DNA of 64,000 bases from Zancudomyces culisetae HAW-14-8 (Eukaryota > Fungi > Kickxellomycota): the NCBI GenBank assembly GCA_052426225.1, contig JBNJNM010000011.1:1364001-1428000 (forward strand), given 5' to 3'. The position numbers and the translations under genes are program-made. This document shows positions 40,401 through 52,833 of this stretch, in pieces. Below the pieces are notes generated by a model that searched no databases, was not told the origin of the DNA, and saw only the letters and a program-made list of their open reading frames with translations. The first letter of the stretch is position 1, and every line of letters begins with the position of its first letter.

Positions 40401-41555
40401 AGTGCTAGAAATATTTTATCACCTGTTAACCCAAAGTTAAGTGATGAGCATAAAGGCAATAAACAGAGCTTTGAGGAGATTAAGAGAATGTTTGCCAAGG
40501 GTGATGCAAACGGTGTTTATCCCACGGGATTTACAGATCCTACCCGGTCTAATTTACAGCGTGAACAAACAAAGACATACGGAAGCAATCTTAAAAACTA
40601 TACTATTAAGTCATCTACAACAGGCAAGCATGTGTACGATAAGGGTGTATTACCTACCACATCGCTACTCGCTGGAAGACCATCTGTCCTGTATAACCAG
40701 ATAGAGCGTTCACTGTGCAACAGTCGAAATTATATAGATACTGATATTTCAACTACAAATGATACCCTATTAACACATCGCAACCTTCATAACAAACCTG
40801 CACAAGACTCGAGTACAAAAAATAACGAACGTGATATAGATAATACTGAGACATTTTCTACACCAAACTTACTCACTAGTCCGAAAAACAACGATATAAT
40901 TAATGACATAGAGTTTCTACATCAAATACCAACAGGTAAAGATAGTTTTAGTCCAACAATTAACCCGGAAAACGACACACATTCAGCCTTTTGTACGATC
41001 TCGTCAACCAAAAAAAAGAGTCGATCTGAGCATTCCCTTTCCACACTTGAAGACCAAAAAGATGATGTTTCCATTATTTCTATGGACCGATACGAGACTA
41101 GTCGCCACCTTTCTCCAGATTCTATCACAAATGATCTTGATTATTCGCACAAAAGTTCATTGAATACCGTTTCGGTTTTTTTCAAAAAAATCATAAGAAC
41201 CCTTGAAAAATTTGCAACCGACTACATAGTATTGAATCCATACCCTGTACCTCAGATTCTCTCCACTCCACCAGGCACTGAGCCAAATCATATAAAAACC
41301 GAAGCTGTTTATGGAGCAGAGCCGCTGCTTTCATCTGGTGCCAGAGACAGCAAGTCAGGATGCATTACAGAGTTAAGGTGGTCAGGTAATACTAGGGAAG
41401 AAGCTATAGCCAAAAGTATGTACTCTGACTACAGCCAGCCTGGGATGAGAACCTGTTTTGGAATTTTAGATTCTGACACATTAACATATGTGTATCCTCA
41501 GTTAGTTGGTACACTACCCCAGCTTTGGCTCCCAGGGAAAGTCGATAGCGACTGA
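37458..41555 (+). CDS. OSCA/TMEM63 (CSC1/RSN1/Phm7 family) calcium-permeable mechanosensitive channel
   Basis: LYSPRSRL, FLGWIP..VGLDAVV..RFFK, RTVMVT, GFVTF, ASEPRDIYWPNI, YSSISPLV; about 7 exons and a long low-complexity C-tail. Confidence 0.93.
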
Positions 41556-42736
41556 TCTTTGTTTCTTGCAATTACTAAGGCTAGGAGTCTCATTTTCAAC
41601 TATTCAAAACTCAGTTTATGGGTATTGCCTGCTATTAGCTACTAAATTCAAATCAAGTCGTTATTTTTGTACATGTTACCATTTTACTTGCGCATAAGAG
41701 ATTGTGTTATGTTATCCATGAAACCAAATAAAAGAAAATAAGAGTATAAAATCCGCACACTTTGACTTGAATTTTCATCACTAGCATGATACAATTATCG
41801 TAGAGAAATAAAGAAAATGTTCTCGCAATAATATGTAAATAGAATTTAACAAAGATAAAAACTGATAAGCGTGCTTAGCTTAAAAAAATCTGGAATATTT
41901 TGAAAAATTTGCTCATTAACTTGATGCAAAAAGAAAAGCGAAAGCAAAACGTTAGCCTCGTATATTCCAAACCATACTAGAAAATGGCCAATTATTAATT
42001 ACGCTTCTAGATCCCAAAATAAAACGCCAACTTCTTCCACTCTTTGTTTTGAAAGAAAAAGCGAAAGGTACCAATATATGAACCAATTTACGCGTGATGG
42101 CAACAAAAAGTTGGGTGCGTATGCAAGGAGAATGCAAAATAATAGGTAGAAACATGTTAGTTTGGGCGGATATTTTGATCTATTAAGATCGCTCCTAAAG
42201 GGTTAAAAAAGATATGATATTTAGGAAGCCTCTCTGTAAAGACACATCACTTTTTTTTGTTGCTTTTATGTGGTTCGACAACATGTCGGCATTAGTGTAT
42301 GTTGACGTAATGAAAAGGTGAGGAAATAATACACGTTTGACTTCCCAAAGTGTAAACTACACAAGTATATTGGAAATTGCATTTATTTGCCAAACTATGC
42401 ATTTACTAATTTTTTTTCTAGTTGGGTGCATGGGTATGTTGTTGTACTTTGGTATTTAAATGTGGCTGCAGACCTTGGAAAACACTATCTTTGCCAAAGT
42501 TAAGAATCGCTATCTACAGGTAAGAATATACATGCGAATAAAAGTCACATCATCGCCAGTATTATTTCCATTACTTTACCACTTCCAACCTCAACGTCGA
42601 GAAGCTCTGTGTTGGATGTATAAATTATTCAAACTAACTAATTTTATGTATGAACAAAAAATTCATAGTAATCTAAACAATATATCAGCTGGTAAATTCC
42701 TCATTTTCTATAAAAAGTTATAAATAACACGGAAAA

Positions 42737-43108
42737 ATGAAACTGTTTTTAGCTGCTATTTGTCTATTTCTTGGAGCAATACATGGACATGATACTATGT
42801 GTGAAGTAGATACTGACGGAAAAAGTCATATAGCTATACGTGGTCTTGCGGGTTGGTCTAGTGGAGAAAGTGTGGTCATAAAATGCCCTACAGGTGGTGG
42901 GTGCACTGCAAGTACAAATACAAATCCAACATGCGGTATTGGAGGTGATACAACAGTTGTAGCCAACATTGATGGTGGTAGCATCTGCCTTAAGAGATTT
43001 GACAAACCTAGTTCTGGTGGAGCCGGTAATCTTGCATTGTTTCTTTCATCTGTGGGTTCGCAGCTCATTCCGATAGTTTTAGGATTCCTGCTTATGAGAG
43101 TTTTTTGA
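42737..43108 (+). CDS. Small secreted Cys/Gly-rich protein with hydrophobic C-terminus (putative GPI anchor), orphan
   Basis: ATG in AAAAATG context; signal peptide; 5 Cys in the mature part; SSGGAG followed by a terminal hydrophobic stretch. Confidence 0.75.
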   Translation: MKLFLAAICLFLGAIHGHDTMCEVDTDGKSHIAIRGLAGWSSGESVVIKCPTGGGCTASTNTNPTCGIGGDTTVVANIDGGSICLKRFDKPSSGGAGNLALFLSSVGSQLIPIVLGFLLMRVF

Positions 43109-43594
43109 GCACCTGATTTACCTTAAAATCATTGCTTTTATTGTTTAATATCTAGTTCCAAGTATAATTTAATTCCCAAAATCCATAATTTGGTGTTAAA
43201 GAAATTATAAAATCGATTTAATAACTTTTATACACACAAGCGTTTCTTGGTCCTTTTTCTAGTGGTACTAACGATCCACACATATTATTAAAGAATATTT
43301 CTGGGCCTGATATCATTACTTGATAGATAGATGTTAGTTTATCGTGTGATTAAATTGGATGGAACAAAAAATCTCAAACTAAAAAAATACTAGCTATGTT
43401 TTTATAATAAGAGAAACTTAATGTTTTGTAGGACTTTTGTTGTGTGAAGCTAGAATTAAACTTAAAAGCGTTACTAAAGACTGTTTTGCAAAATTATTGA
43501 CTTTTTTGTTCTCTTTCAAAAAAAAAAAGTATAAATAAGTTTAAGATTAAGGTAATCAAGACTAGGTGTGATGGGTTGAATATACTACAAGATT

Positions 43595-44101
43595 CTAGCC
43601 TATACTATACTTAATACTAAAAACAAAAAATGGAAGAGTCAAAATTAACAGAAAAATGTATTGGACAAATATATATCTAAGGTACTTTGTGATGTTTCTG
43701 TGTTTTTCCGAACCGTAATGGTTTATTTCATTAAACTCGATTGCAACCCGCTTCGTATAAAAGATTGAAAACCCATAAAAAACAGTTAGAACTACAAAAA
43801 ACGCAAACTGGGTTTGAAATGCTTTTTTTTCGAGAACAAGGGCTTTGGAAGAGCTTTTAGTGTGTCCTAGCGTTTTGTATTCCCATGATATTATCATCAA
43901 AACCATCGATAAATATACAAGTATAAACAAGATTATAAGCCCAGAAAGGCCTATTTTCTGATACGTGTTTATATCTAGCATTGTATATTCACGATCTATG
44001 TTGCTTGTTTTTTCAATCCGGGCATCAAGTTCTTGCTGTATTGCGTCTTCTATGTTTAGATTGGAAGAGTTCCCTGCTTCTTCTTTTGCCTGCTTTCCCA
44101 T
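43595..44101 (-). CDS. Hypothetical three-transmembrane protein, orphan
   Basis: 168-aa ORF with a hydrophilic N-terminus and three hydrophobic helices; AAAATG start context. Confidence 0.65.
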   Translation of the reverse strand: MGKQAKEEAGNSSNLNIEDAIQQELDARIEKTSNIDREYTMLDINTYQKIGLSGLIILFILVYLSMVLMIISWEYKTLGHTKSSSKALVLEKKAFQTQFAFFVVLTVFYGFSIFYTKRVAIEFNEINHYGSEKHRNITKYLRYIFVQYIFLLILTLPFFVFSIKYSIG

Positions 44102-44556
44102 TTTATTTTATTTTATTATTGCTCAACTGAATTTCGATAATTTGGCGTGTGCAGAGCTTTCGAAGATTCCTTTTTAACTTTTGAATAGATAAAAGTATTT
44201 TGAGAAGTGATAAAATGATATTTTATCAATCTTGTATATATTTCCTTCTTTGCGAAAAGCTGGTACAAGTTAGGTATCTAAAGTAGCATACTCTTTTTGT
44301 TATATGAAAAAAAATTCAAAAAGGAAAATAATTAAATCGTAGGGTGGAGCAATTATATAACTGCTTTTCTTGGGTTGAAGATATCTAAAGCTTATCACGC
44401 GTATAAAACCCAATCAGCTATTGGATTAAAGATACCAAAACATACCCAACATAACATTTGACAAACAACCTTGATGCATCAAGTGTATCAGATATATTAG
44501 GTGTACCAGATTTACCAACTATATCAAGCAATTAAATCATACAATCCATACTAAAT

Positions 44557-44594
44557 ACACACACACACACACACACACAAATATATATATATAT
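44557..44594. repeat. Compound microsatellite, (AC) about 11 copies followed by (AT) about 7 copies
   Basis: Directly visible. Confidence 0.9.
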
Positions 44595-45424
44595 TCGAAT
44601 TACAAAAAGTGGTCACATTTGGCCTTGACACAGTATAACCTTCAAAGATAACTCTTATACTACACTCCTGGCTAATTTTTTTTCTTTGTGAAAATCTGCG
44701 TATGAGCCACCGAAATTGTTTGTACTGCTTATCTGGTTTTCTCAACACATTTTGTCCCAAGGCATTCCGAATATTGTTTTTCATGAATCAAGTCCGGATT
44801 ATTGTTAGTTCTAGAATCATAGAGAACATAGGGATTTTTATTTAGACAGAGAAGAAGCGATGCAACACAGGAAGCATCATCCACTTTGGTTGATCTTGGA
44901 CAATAAAATAGATCACTGTTCGAATTCTACTTATCTTTTTTTATAACCTGTGTTCGCCCTAGCAAAAAAAAAGTAATAAAATGTACAGTAAGACGTATGT
45001 ATTTCCTAAAATAGCCTTAGTAGCAATGGAGTTGGGAATTTAGCTATTGTTATATCCATCATTCTAGAGTTCGCGTCACATGTATTTCTTTACGCAGAAT
45101 TTATTGAACAATATAAAGGCTTCAATTAAAAAATTATTTCACTTAACCCAGTATAATCTGAGTACTAGTTTTGCCGGGTTGAGTATAATCCGTTTTCAAT
45201 TGAACATGAAAAAAAAAACGTTCAAAAAACTCTAAAGTCATTGTTTTGCGAGCAAGTGATAATTTGCACAAATACATTTGTCATGACAAAGACATGATGC
45301 TCTCATAACTCCGTAGATAAATCAGCTGGATATGGTCATGTATATATTCACCATGTTACTTTCGAATTTATTTGCTATAAGCACTCTACTCCCACCCCCC
45401 GCTCCTCGCTACCCATAGAAAAAA

Positions 45425-47914
45425 CTACTCACCGCCATTAAAACCGACAAAGCCGGAGAGTAAGAATATTGGGAAAAATGATTTTTTTTCGACTAATGAA
45501 CACCAATTCCAAGCTGAGGTCAATCTACCATCAATGCAAGAACCAGCTTCAAAAAAATTATCTGCACCGGAGCCATCAAAAGCTGATCTAAAAAAGTCTG
45601 CCAAAATGAGCTTCTTCAACATAGTGGGCCCTCCAAAAGCGTAGTCGATATAGGCCCTAATTGCGTTAAGATTTATCTGAGTTGTTTTAGAAGGGCGTTT
45701 TTTACCCATAGAGTAGTTAGTGTAGGACGAGAGTAAGTCGAACGGGTTCATAGTGATTTTGGAGGAGAAAACGTTAGAAAGTCTCAATCTAGACGAAGAT
45801 TTTTTGATTTGTGTCGAATCCAAAGAGTCATTTTCAGGAGAATTGCTGTTTTCATCGCTTTGTTCGTCGCTACCAGAGTTTGCACGGCTGGGATTGGTGG
45901 ATTTTTTCCCGGATGGCTTGGTTGATTTGGAAATAGTGTCGATATATTCGATACATCGAACTATGGGGTTAAGGATAGAAGATATTTGGCTGTATTTATC
46001 AATAAACATAAAAGCATTAGGCACATTTCTGTCCCCCAGATGTATAACAGATGAACCCACCCAGCGTCTCGACCTTTTCTGTATTTTGTGGAGAATCGAG
46101 TGAACAGCCCTGGAAACAAGAGGGCATTCCTGTACACGGTTCAACCCTTGGCCAGTATCTCTGAGCCGATATTGATTTCTCTTGGATAACATATCAGAGT
46201 CAGAAAAATGCCATAGCATGTAGAATTCATGGAGTATTTCTTTCCACAAAGTTAGAGTCTGAAGAACGTAGAAGTATTGGGTTTCGTGCGAATGGCTTAG
46301 TCTTGCACCATCCTTTCCGCTTAGAATAGCTAGTGATAACTCTTCACTTTCAGCTTCGGAATGAGTAAAATATTTAGTTAAGCAATTTGCAATCTTGTCG
46401 CAGGGATCTCTGTTGAACCTAAGAAATGCGTGATTATCGCCAATGGAGTACAAACACTGCTTAATTACCTCCGCTGGACAAGAGCTAGTAGAGTAAGTAC
46501 GACTTAGGTATTCTATCGCATGTTCTTTTCGTTTTATTTCTGCCTGAACCTGGCTACGCGATTTTCCCTCGGGGATTATCTCTTGAGTCGCCGTCGCAAC
46601 GGTTTTATCTTCAAGCACATGAATCACACCGTATTCATCAAGTACATCATAAACGGTTTTTATGGGAACTATCATATTGAACCCCAGAATATCTTCAACA
46701 TCTGGGTTGGTTGAATCCTATTTTGATCATTAATAATATAGTTCATACTATTCGTGGGGTAGTTCTCGTATCTAAAAAGCGTTTTTTTCCTACCTGTAAT
46801 AAATACATTAGTTTCCCGTATGTATTCTTCATTTTTTGTGGATTCATAAGTTTGTATCTCCGTCCGATTTCAAAAATCTCTTGAAAAACATGTCTATTCT
46901 CATCAAACTGTCTATCTTCAAACAGCACCTGACCAGCCTTATAGTCTGTTGCCAGCTATTTTTAATTTCATTATTATTCCCATTATTACTATTATCAGCA
47001 CAATCCTTCAACGCAAGGTCATTCTCGACTTCTACTCTCCGCCTCTGGTTTTTTAATCTTACCAATAACCCAGAAAGTATGGCGCATATTTCCTGGATCT
47101 GTCCAACTATTCGTTTTGCTTTATTGCCGTACGACAGTACATCTATCTTATCCGTGTATTCGCTCACGCTTAACGCTGCATCCAGCAACCGCATTTTTTT
47201 TCGCTCTCTTGGTGTAAGCCTCATCGGTATGAACCTTGCTCTATCCGGTGTGTTATATTCTGTGTTATATTCTGTGTCATACAAATCATTTCCTCTAAAA
47301 TTACAAGTTCTCTGTCGCACTTGTCATCGTGCTATTCAACACATTCATAGGTAATTGAAATTTAAAATACCTCTGCATAATCCATTCCGAAAAACTGTCC
47401 TCGCCCTCAATCGCAACTACTTCGCTCATGTTTTCAAAATTGATCTCAGAAGCCCCTATATGCTACAGTTTTTATATACAAATGTATATCTACTTAGTTT
47501 TTCTTTTCTTTCTGACGCTTTCCATGACACAAAGTAAGACAAAAAAAATTAAAAAATAAACATTTCCCTCACATTTTCTGTACTATTAATATCTGGTTGT
47601 TCGTCCAAACTCGGTTTTACGTCCTCCATTATAACATCATCTTTGCCTTTCTTACTCCCCTCTAGCATAACAAAGACATGCTTTTTCCTAGACCCATTTC
47701 TGTGGATGATCGTATAGCAGACCTCGCAAAAATCTTCGGCGCAATTCTCACAGAACATCACAGCCCTTTGGTCCTTACATTCCACACAGTATCCCTTCGG
47801 TGCCTCGTTTTGTCCATCATCTTCTCCCGTCTCGAATTCAGCTCCATTAACATTTATATTAACATCCTCTGAATCCTCATCAAGGATTTTTTTTAATTTT
47901 AGAATTTGACTCAT
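45425..47914 (-). CDS. B-box zinc finger plus DUF2009/UPF0652 domain protein
   Basis: CVEC..CENCAEDFCEVC..H..H; FIPMRLT..ERK..SEYTD; EIGRRYKLMNPQKMKNTYGKL; GARLSH; FDGSGADNFFEAGSCIDGRLTSAWNWC; five exons. Confidence 0.9.
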
Positions 47915-48840
47915 TATTGCTATTTTGCCTTTAGCTCAAGGTAAATGAGAACTAACAGAATGGATAGTGTGTTAAAAGTTTCTAATCAGTTTAGATTGAA
48001 TGTTGCAGTAAAGAAAAAAAACCAAGTAGAAAGGAATGACAGTGTGGTGGTGAAATGTTAATATAAGGACTCGTACGTAATCGGAGAAATAATATTGTGG
48101 CTCGGGTGTAAAAATTGGTTACAAATGGAAAATGCTAAAAATTAGGGCTTTGTAGAATCTGTTTGGACCATTTCCACTAGATAATGCATAAACTAAAAAA
48201 AATTTTATTCCTCCAACGCTTTTTTTCCTGCCACAATGAACTGGTTTAATAAATACCAACATAAGATTCTAAAAAAAATAATCATATGTGCCATCTACTT
48301 AATCAGGCGTTTTCTATCTATCTAGAGACTCCGTATCAACCGAATGTTTTAAACTCAAAGTACTCTCTTGATAAAACAAAAACAGACATCTTTTAGATGA
48401 ATCCACCTCATATCTCGAAGAAAAAATACACGCAAAGGGGCAGTATATGCCACTAGAACCCTTGATACACAAAACTAAGCGCTGATTCTCTACTAATAGG
48501 GCCTAGTTGTACGCTTGAAGACTTTTTATGGCTCGCTAAGCCGTTTTTTTTAAAACAGATACCCGTGATGCCCTACTGTTGCATGCTTTTTAAGCTCAAA
48601 GGTTATTGAAAGTATACTTTCCACAGGTTTGCAGTCGAAGAAACCCAAAAATAGTTCTATAAGCTACAGCTTTGGAAATATATGGAGAGACCTATGGCTT
48701 CTTAACACAGATTGTACAATTTGTCTGGACATTTTTTTTCCAGCAGAAAGAGCTGTCATATACAATTATTGTGAGAAAACAAATAGAGCATGCAAATCGT
48801 ATTCGAATTGGTTATTTGTATTCGCATACACCAAGAAAAA

Positions 48841-48864
48841 ATATAAATATAAATATAAATATAA
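48841..48864. repeat. (ATATAA)x4 microsatellite
   Basis: Directly visible. Confidence 0.8.
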
Positions 48865-50409
48865 ATACTATTTCAGTACAAGACATATGCTGAAAAGTAT
48901 CCACAAAAAAAGTGCTGGAGACTGACCCAGGTATAATCACCATGATTATCTGATTTATATCTGCTTGATTTATATTTTTTCCACCATATGACTTGAAATT
49001 TATTTGGAAATACAGCTTTCCTGTGTATGAAAAGCGATGAATTGTGATTCAAAAACAGCACATTTGTTCAATATATTTGCACGTGCTGTCTGTAGTTATG
49101 CCAACTGTAGATAATTTTTTTTGCTTCGAATTATAATCGTCTGTGAGTAATAATATCGAGCAAAGAATAAATGATGTTTGCATTAAATGGGGGGGGTGAT
49201 GGTGTTCAAATATAGACATGCAGTGCAGCTATCCTGACATTTGTATATAATGAAAACCTTATTTGTGTAGTTGTATTGGTAACGGGAATTTTTTTGGTAA
49301 TTCCAATTGCGAATTTTGAATTGCGAATTGCAAACTGGGGACACCAAAGCCTATAAAACACATGCCCATATGATTAGGCCGAAACCCTACTTTTCTTGTT
49401 TTGCGTATTCGATGTTGATGATCAATATTTAAAATTAATTGCTAATATTTGGAAATATCCACAATGAATTTTTAAAAAAAAGTTACTATGGGCACAGAAA
49501 GGATGCTATGAGGTGTTTCTTTTCTCCACCACGTTGAAGAACACCCTGAAAAAAGAAGTGCTGGAGCCAAATTAAATTGAATACTGGTTACAAAACCAGG
49601 AAATATGCAGGAGGAAATGGTCGATATACGGCATCTAGCAATTACTAAGCTCCTCCCCTTGTGGTGTATAACCTAGAGCCAATATAGCCATCTTTTATAC
49701 ATCATTCAAGGCTGTAATGAAAGGTATAAGTGGTATCACCACAAGGGTTTCAGAATGTCCCATCCAAAAAAAAACGAGATTTCCTTTTTCAGTGGTGCTC
49801 AATGCTTGTATTTATTACATCAATAGGCAAGCTGTGTAAATAGACATAAAAAATTCGTCATTTTAAAGTCAACATTAGCAATTACGTAGGTAGACAAGAG
49901 GTGGTTGGATGTATTGCATCTGAAAACGCAATATACAACAGAACTGCAAACCTACTCCCATTGACCAACTAGGTCACAGCGAATGGTGTATTGTGTGATT
50001 GGGAAAAGCTTTTTCAATTCTTTTCCTATAATTATTGGTGCTAAATGATGCTAATCAGGAGTCGATATTGAAAAACACAGCATTAGTAAGAAAATTAAAA
50101 AATCCGAGAATGTAGGAATTCAGAATCACTGGTACTGTATACCGGCCTTGTTAACAAATTATGGGGCGGTGATTGTAAAGGTTTTAACATTAGTAATAAC
50201 TATGGTTGAGGTATTGGCAAAAACAAGAAAAGTAATATCTTCTCATGTGCATATATACCACGCATTATATCCTTAAACAGATATCTTAAAAATAATAATA
50301 AATTCAGCACTTGTTTATATAAATAATCCAACTTACATAACAGTTGGTGGAGCTTTGGGTAACAAAATATACTTAGACAAATACAAAGCCTAGACAGAGA
50401 GACTAAAAC

Positions 50410-52833
50410 ATGCCCAAAATAAGCAAACAAGATAAAAAAAAGAAGGTCTTTGTTATAAAGCACCCGTTTATAACCTGGGTAAACGACTCAATGAAATCGC
50501 TATCTCAGTCTGCAAGCCCTAAAAAGATACTCTATGAAAACTTTCCTATTATTTCATGGCTGCCAAAATACAATAGAAAATGGTTTATAGGTGATATGAT
50601 AGCTGGTGTTACTGTAGGCGCCATGGTAATTCCACAGGGATTGGCATATTCGGTACTTGCAGGTCTTCCACCACAATATGGATTATATACTGCAATAGTT
50701 GGTCCTTTACTATATTTTTTAATGGGAACTTCAAAGGATGTTACTATAGGACCAACAGCTGTTATATCGCTATTAACACATCAAATAATTTTGAAAAACA
50801 GTAACCTACCATACTCACCAGAGACAATCGCGCTGACAGTTGCATTTCTTTCGGGTGTATTGAATCTGTTAATGGGATTGTTTAGACTGGGGTTTATAAT
50901 GGAATTCATTCCACTACCAGTAATTGTAGGGTTCACAACTGGATCAGCACTAACAATAATTATGGGCCAGTTTCCCACACTAATGGGAGTAAGAGGGATT
51001 GACACAACACAAACACCAATATTGATAGTGGTAAACACTTTAAAATCAATACAAAAAATGCGGTATTTGGATATGATTTTTGGGATATCCAGTCTGATAC
51101 TGATTATCTCAATAAGGCTACTTGCATCAAAATATCAAAAAAAGTCGAGGTTTGTGTTTTATTTGGGTGTACTCAAGAATACAGTGACTATACTATTATT
51201 TACACTACTGGGATTCATTATTAAAAAATCCCAACCAGACAGCTCACTCAATATAGTGGGAAAAATAAATAGAGGATTTTATAAGCCAAAAGCACCAACC
51301 ATAACCACGGAGATGTTTTCTGCGATAGGTGTAAATGTTATTACAATGACGTTAGTAGTGGTTCTAGAACATACTGCAATTGCAAAGGCGTTTGCAAGGC
51401 TCGATGGCTATGAGATAAAAAACAACAACGAACTTATTTCACAAGGCGCTACTAATGTGATAGGACCCTTTTTTGGATCATATGCAAGTACTGGAAGCTT
51501 TTCACGGTCATCAGTAAACAGAAATTCCGGATCCCAAACACCGTTAAACGGGTTATGGACGAGCTTGGTTGTTATTTTCTCACTGTCGTTCTTGTATCCG
51601 GTCTTTTATTATATTCCCAAGCCAGCAATAGCTGCAGTAATAGTGACAGGTGTACTCGAGCTTATAAGTAAACCCAGTGTGTTTATAAAACTATGGAAAG
51701 TAGGCCCACTCGATCTTATCGCTTCATTGCTTTCGTTGTTTTTGACACTGTTTATAAGCGTAGAAATTGGAATATACACTGCCATGGGATTCAGTGCGTT
51801 TGTTTTCCTGTTGAAAGTGCTTTTTACAGCTGTACAATTGTATACGCTTAACGAGGAGTCAAATAAATATATGAGCGCAGATGCCTTTCCATTAGAACTT
51901 TCTAGTGACGGAATAATAGTAGTCAAACCGTATCAATCAATCAACTATTTGAACGCTTCAAGAGTCAAGAGCATGATAGTGGAGCTAGCTCATATTTTGA
52001 CGTACTCAACTAAAGTAGTAAATGGCTTGGAGATTCAAACCGATTGGACAAAGCTCATGTACAACGACATTGAAGGTTCCAGAAAGGAATTTTTGGAAAA
52101 GCTATATTTATCCAGAAGACACCACAGTATTTTTTCCAAAACACAGTTAACACAAGAAGAGGTTATAAAACACGAACAGAACAAAAAGACCGAAGAGCTG
52201 CCGTTATTGAGAGCAGTTATAATAAATATGTCTGCGGTCTCATTCATAGACACTTCAGGAGTTCAAATGCTTCAAGACTTAAAGAAGGAGTTACTTGAAT
52301 ATTCCAGAAAACAAAGAGTATTATTTAGCAACCATTCTGCGGCAGATGATGGCAAAAGACTTGCAGAAGGTGTCACCAAGGATAAAGCTGAGTTGACACC
52401 AAGGAAAACACTAAGTGATATTGATGATTTTGAGTTGCACTTTGCAAGTGTAAAGCCGGACGTTTTACGTGTTTTGGAACTTACAGGACTATCGAAGGTC
52501 ATTTTAGACTACAAAGCAGAGCTGCGGCTTTCGGAAACAGCTAGTATTGAACAACTTACACCTCTCGGGTATAGCACACCACAAAACGATGCCAAAAATG
52601 CGAATGCTTTCTTTACAGACCCGCAGAATGGTGATGCAGGCACGAGTGATATGTATACCACCAATAGGCCGCTAAAAATTGAAGCTTCTGAGCTAGTCGA
52701 AAGCATGTTTTTGAACTACCCCATAGGTAGGCCGGCGCATACAAGGCACCTTTCTGAATATGAGCTTGTAAGCGATAATGTACACGACTCTGTGGACAGT
52801 GCTATTGCCTACATTAAATTTAACAATGTCTAA
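50410..52833 (+). CDS. SulP/SLC26 sulfate permease with STAS domain
   Basis: DMIAGVTVG..IPQGLAYS..GLPPQYGLY..GTSKDVTIGP, TGSFSRS and STAS motif MSAVSFIDTSG; intronless. Confidence 0.95.
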   Translation: MPKISKQDKKKKVFVIKHPFITWVNDSMKSLSQSASPKKILYENFPIISWLPKYNRKWFIGDMIAGVTVGAMVIPQGLAYSVLAGLPPQYGLYTAIVGPLLYFLMGTSKDVTIGPTAVISLLTHQIILKNSNLPYSPETIALTVAFLSGVLNLLMGLFRLGFIMEFIPLPVIVGFTTGSALTIIMGQFPTLMGVRGIDTTQTPILIVVNTLKSIQKMRYLDMIFGISSLILIISIRLLASKYQKKSRFVFYLGVLKNTVTILLFTLLGFIIKKSQPDSSLNIVGKINRGFYKPKAPTITTEMFSAIGVNVITMTLVVVLEHTAIAKAFARLDGYEIKNNNELISQGATNVIGPFFGSYASTGSFSRSSVNRNSGSQTPLNGLWTSLVVIFSLSFLYPVFYYIPKPAIAAVIVTGVLELISKPSVFIKLWKVGPLDLIASLLSLFLTLFISVEIGIYTAMGFSAFVFLLKVLFTAVQLYTLNEESNKYMSADAFPLELSSDGIIVVKPYQSINYLNASRVKSMIVELAHILTYSTKVVNGLEIQTDWTKLMYNDIEGSRKEFLEKLYLSRRHHSIFSKTQLTQEEVIKHEQNKKTEELPLLRAVIINMSAVSFIDTSGVQMLQDLKKELLEYSRKQRVLFSNHSAADDGKRLAEGVTKDKAELTPRKTLSDIDDFELHFASVKPDVLRVLELTGLSKVILDYKAELRLSETASIEQLTPLGYSTPQNDAKNANAFFTDPQNGDAGTSDMYTTNRPLKIEASELVESMFLNYPIGRPAHTRHLSEYELVSDNVHDSVDSAIAYIKFNNV

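Noticed and set aside
46743-47320. Apparent frameshift between overlapping DUF2009 ORFs
   Set aside because: Explained by a GT-AG intron at 47062-46956 that restores the frame (SGLL|LATDYKAGQVLF).
1803-48150. Scattered TTAGGG(TT) telomere-like motifs upstream of several genes (about 1804, 3481, 13824, 25826, 48142)
   Set aside because: Single copies only, at a frequency compatible with chance; no array and no telomerase-RNA context.
49079-49086. CACGTG E-box upstream of the sulfate permease (Cbf1-like site)
   Set aside because: A single 6-mer about 1.3 kb upstream with no accompanying Met31/32-type motif; not supportable.
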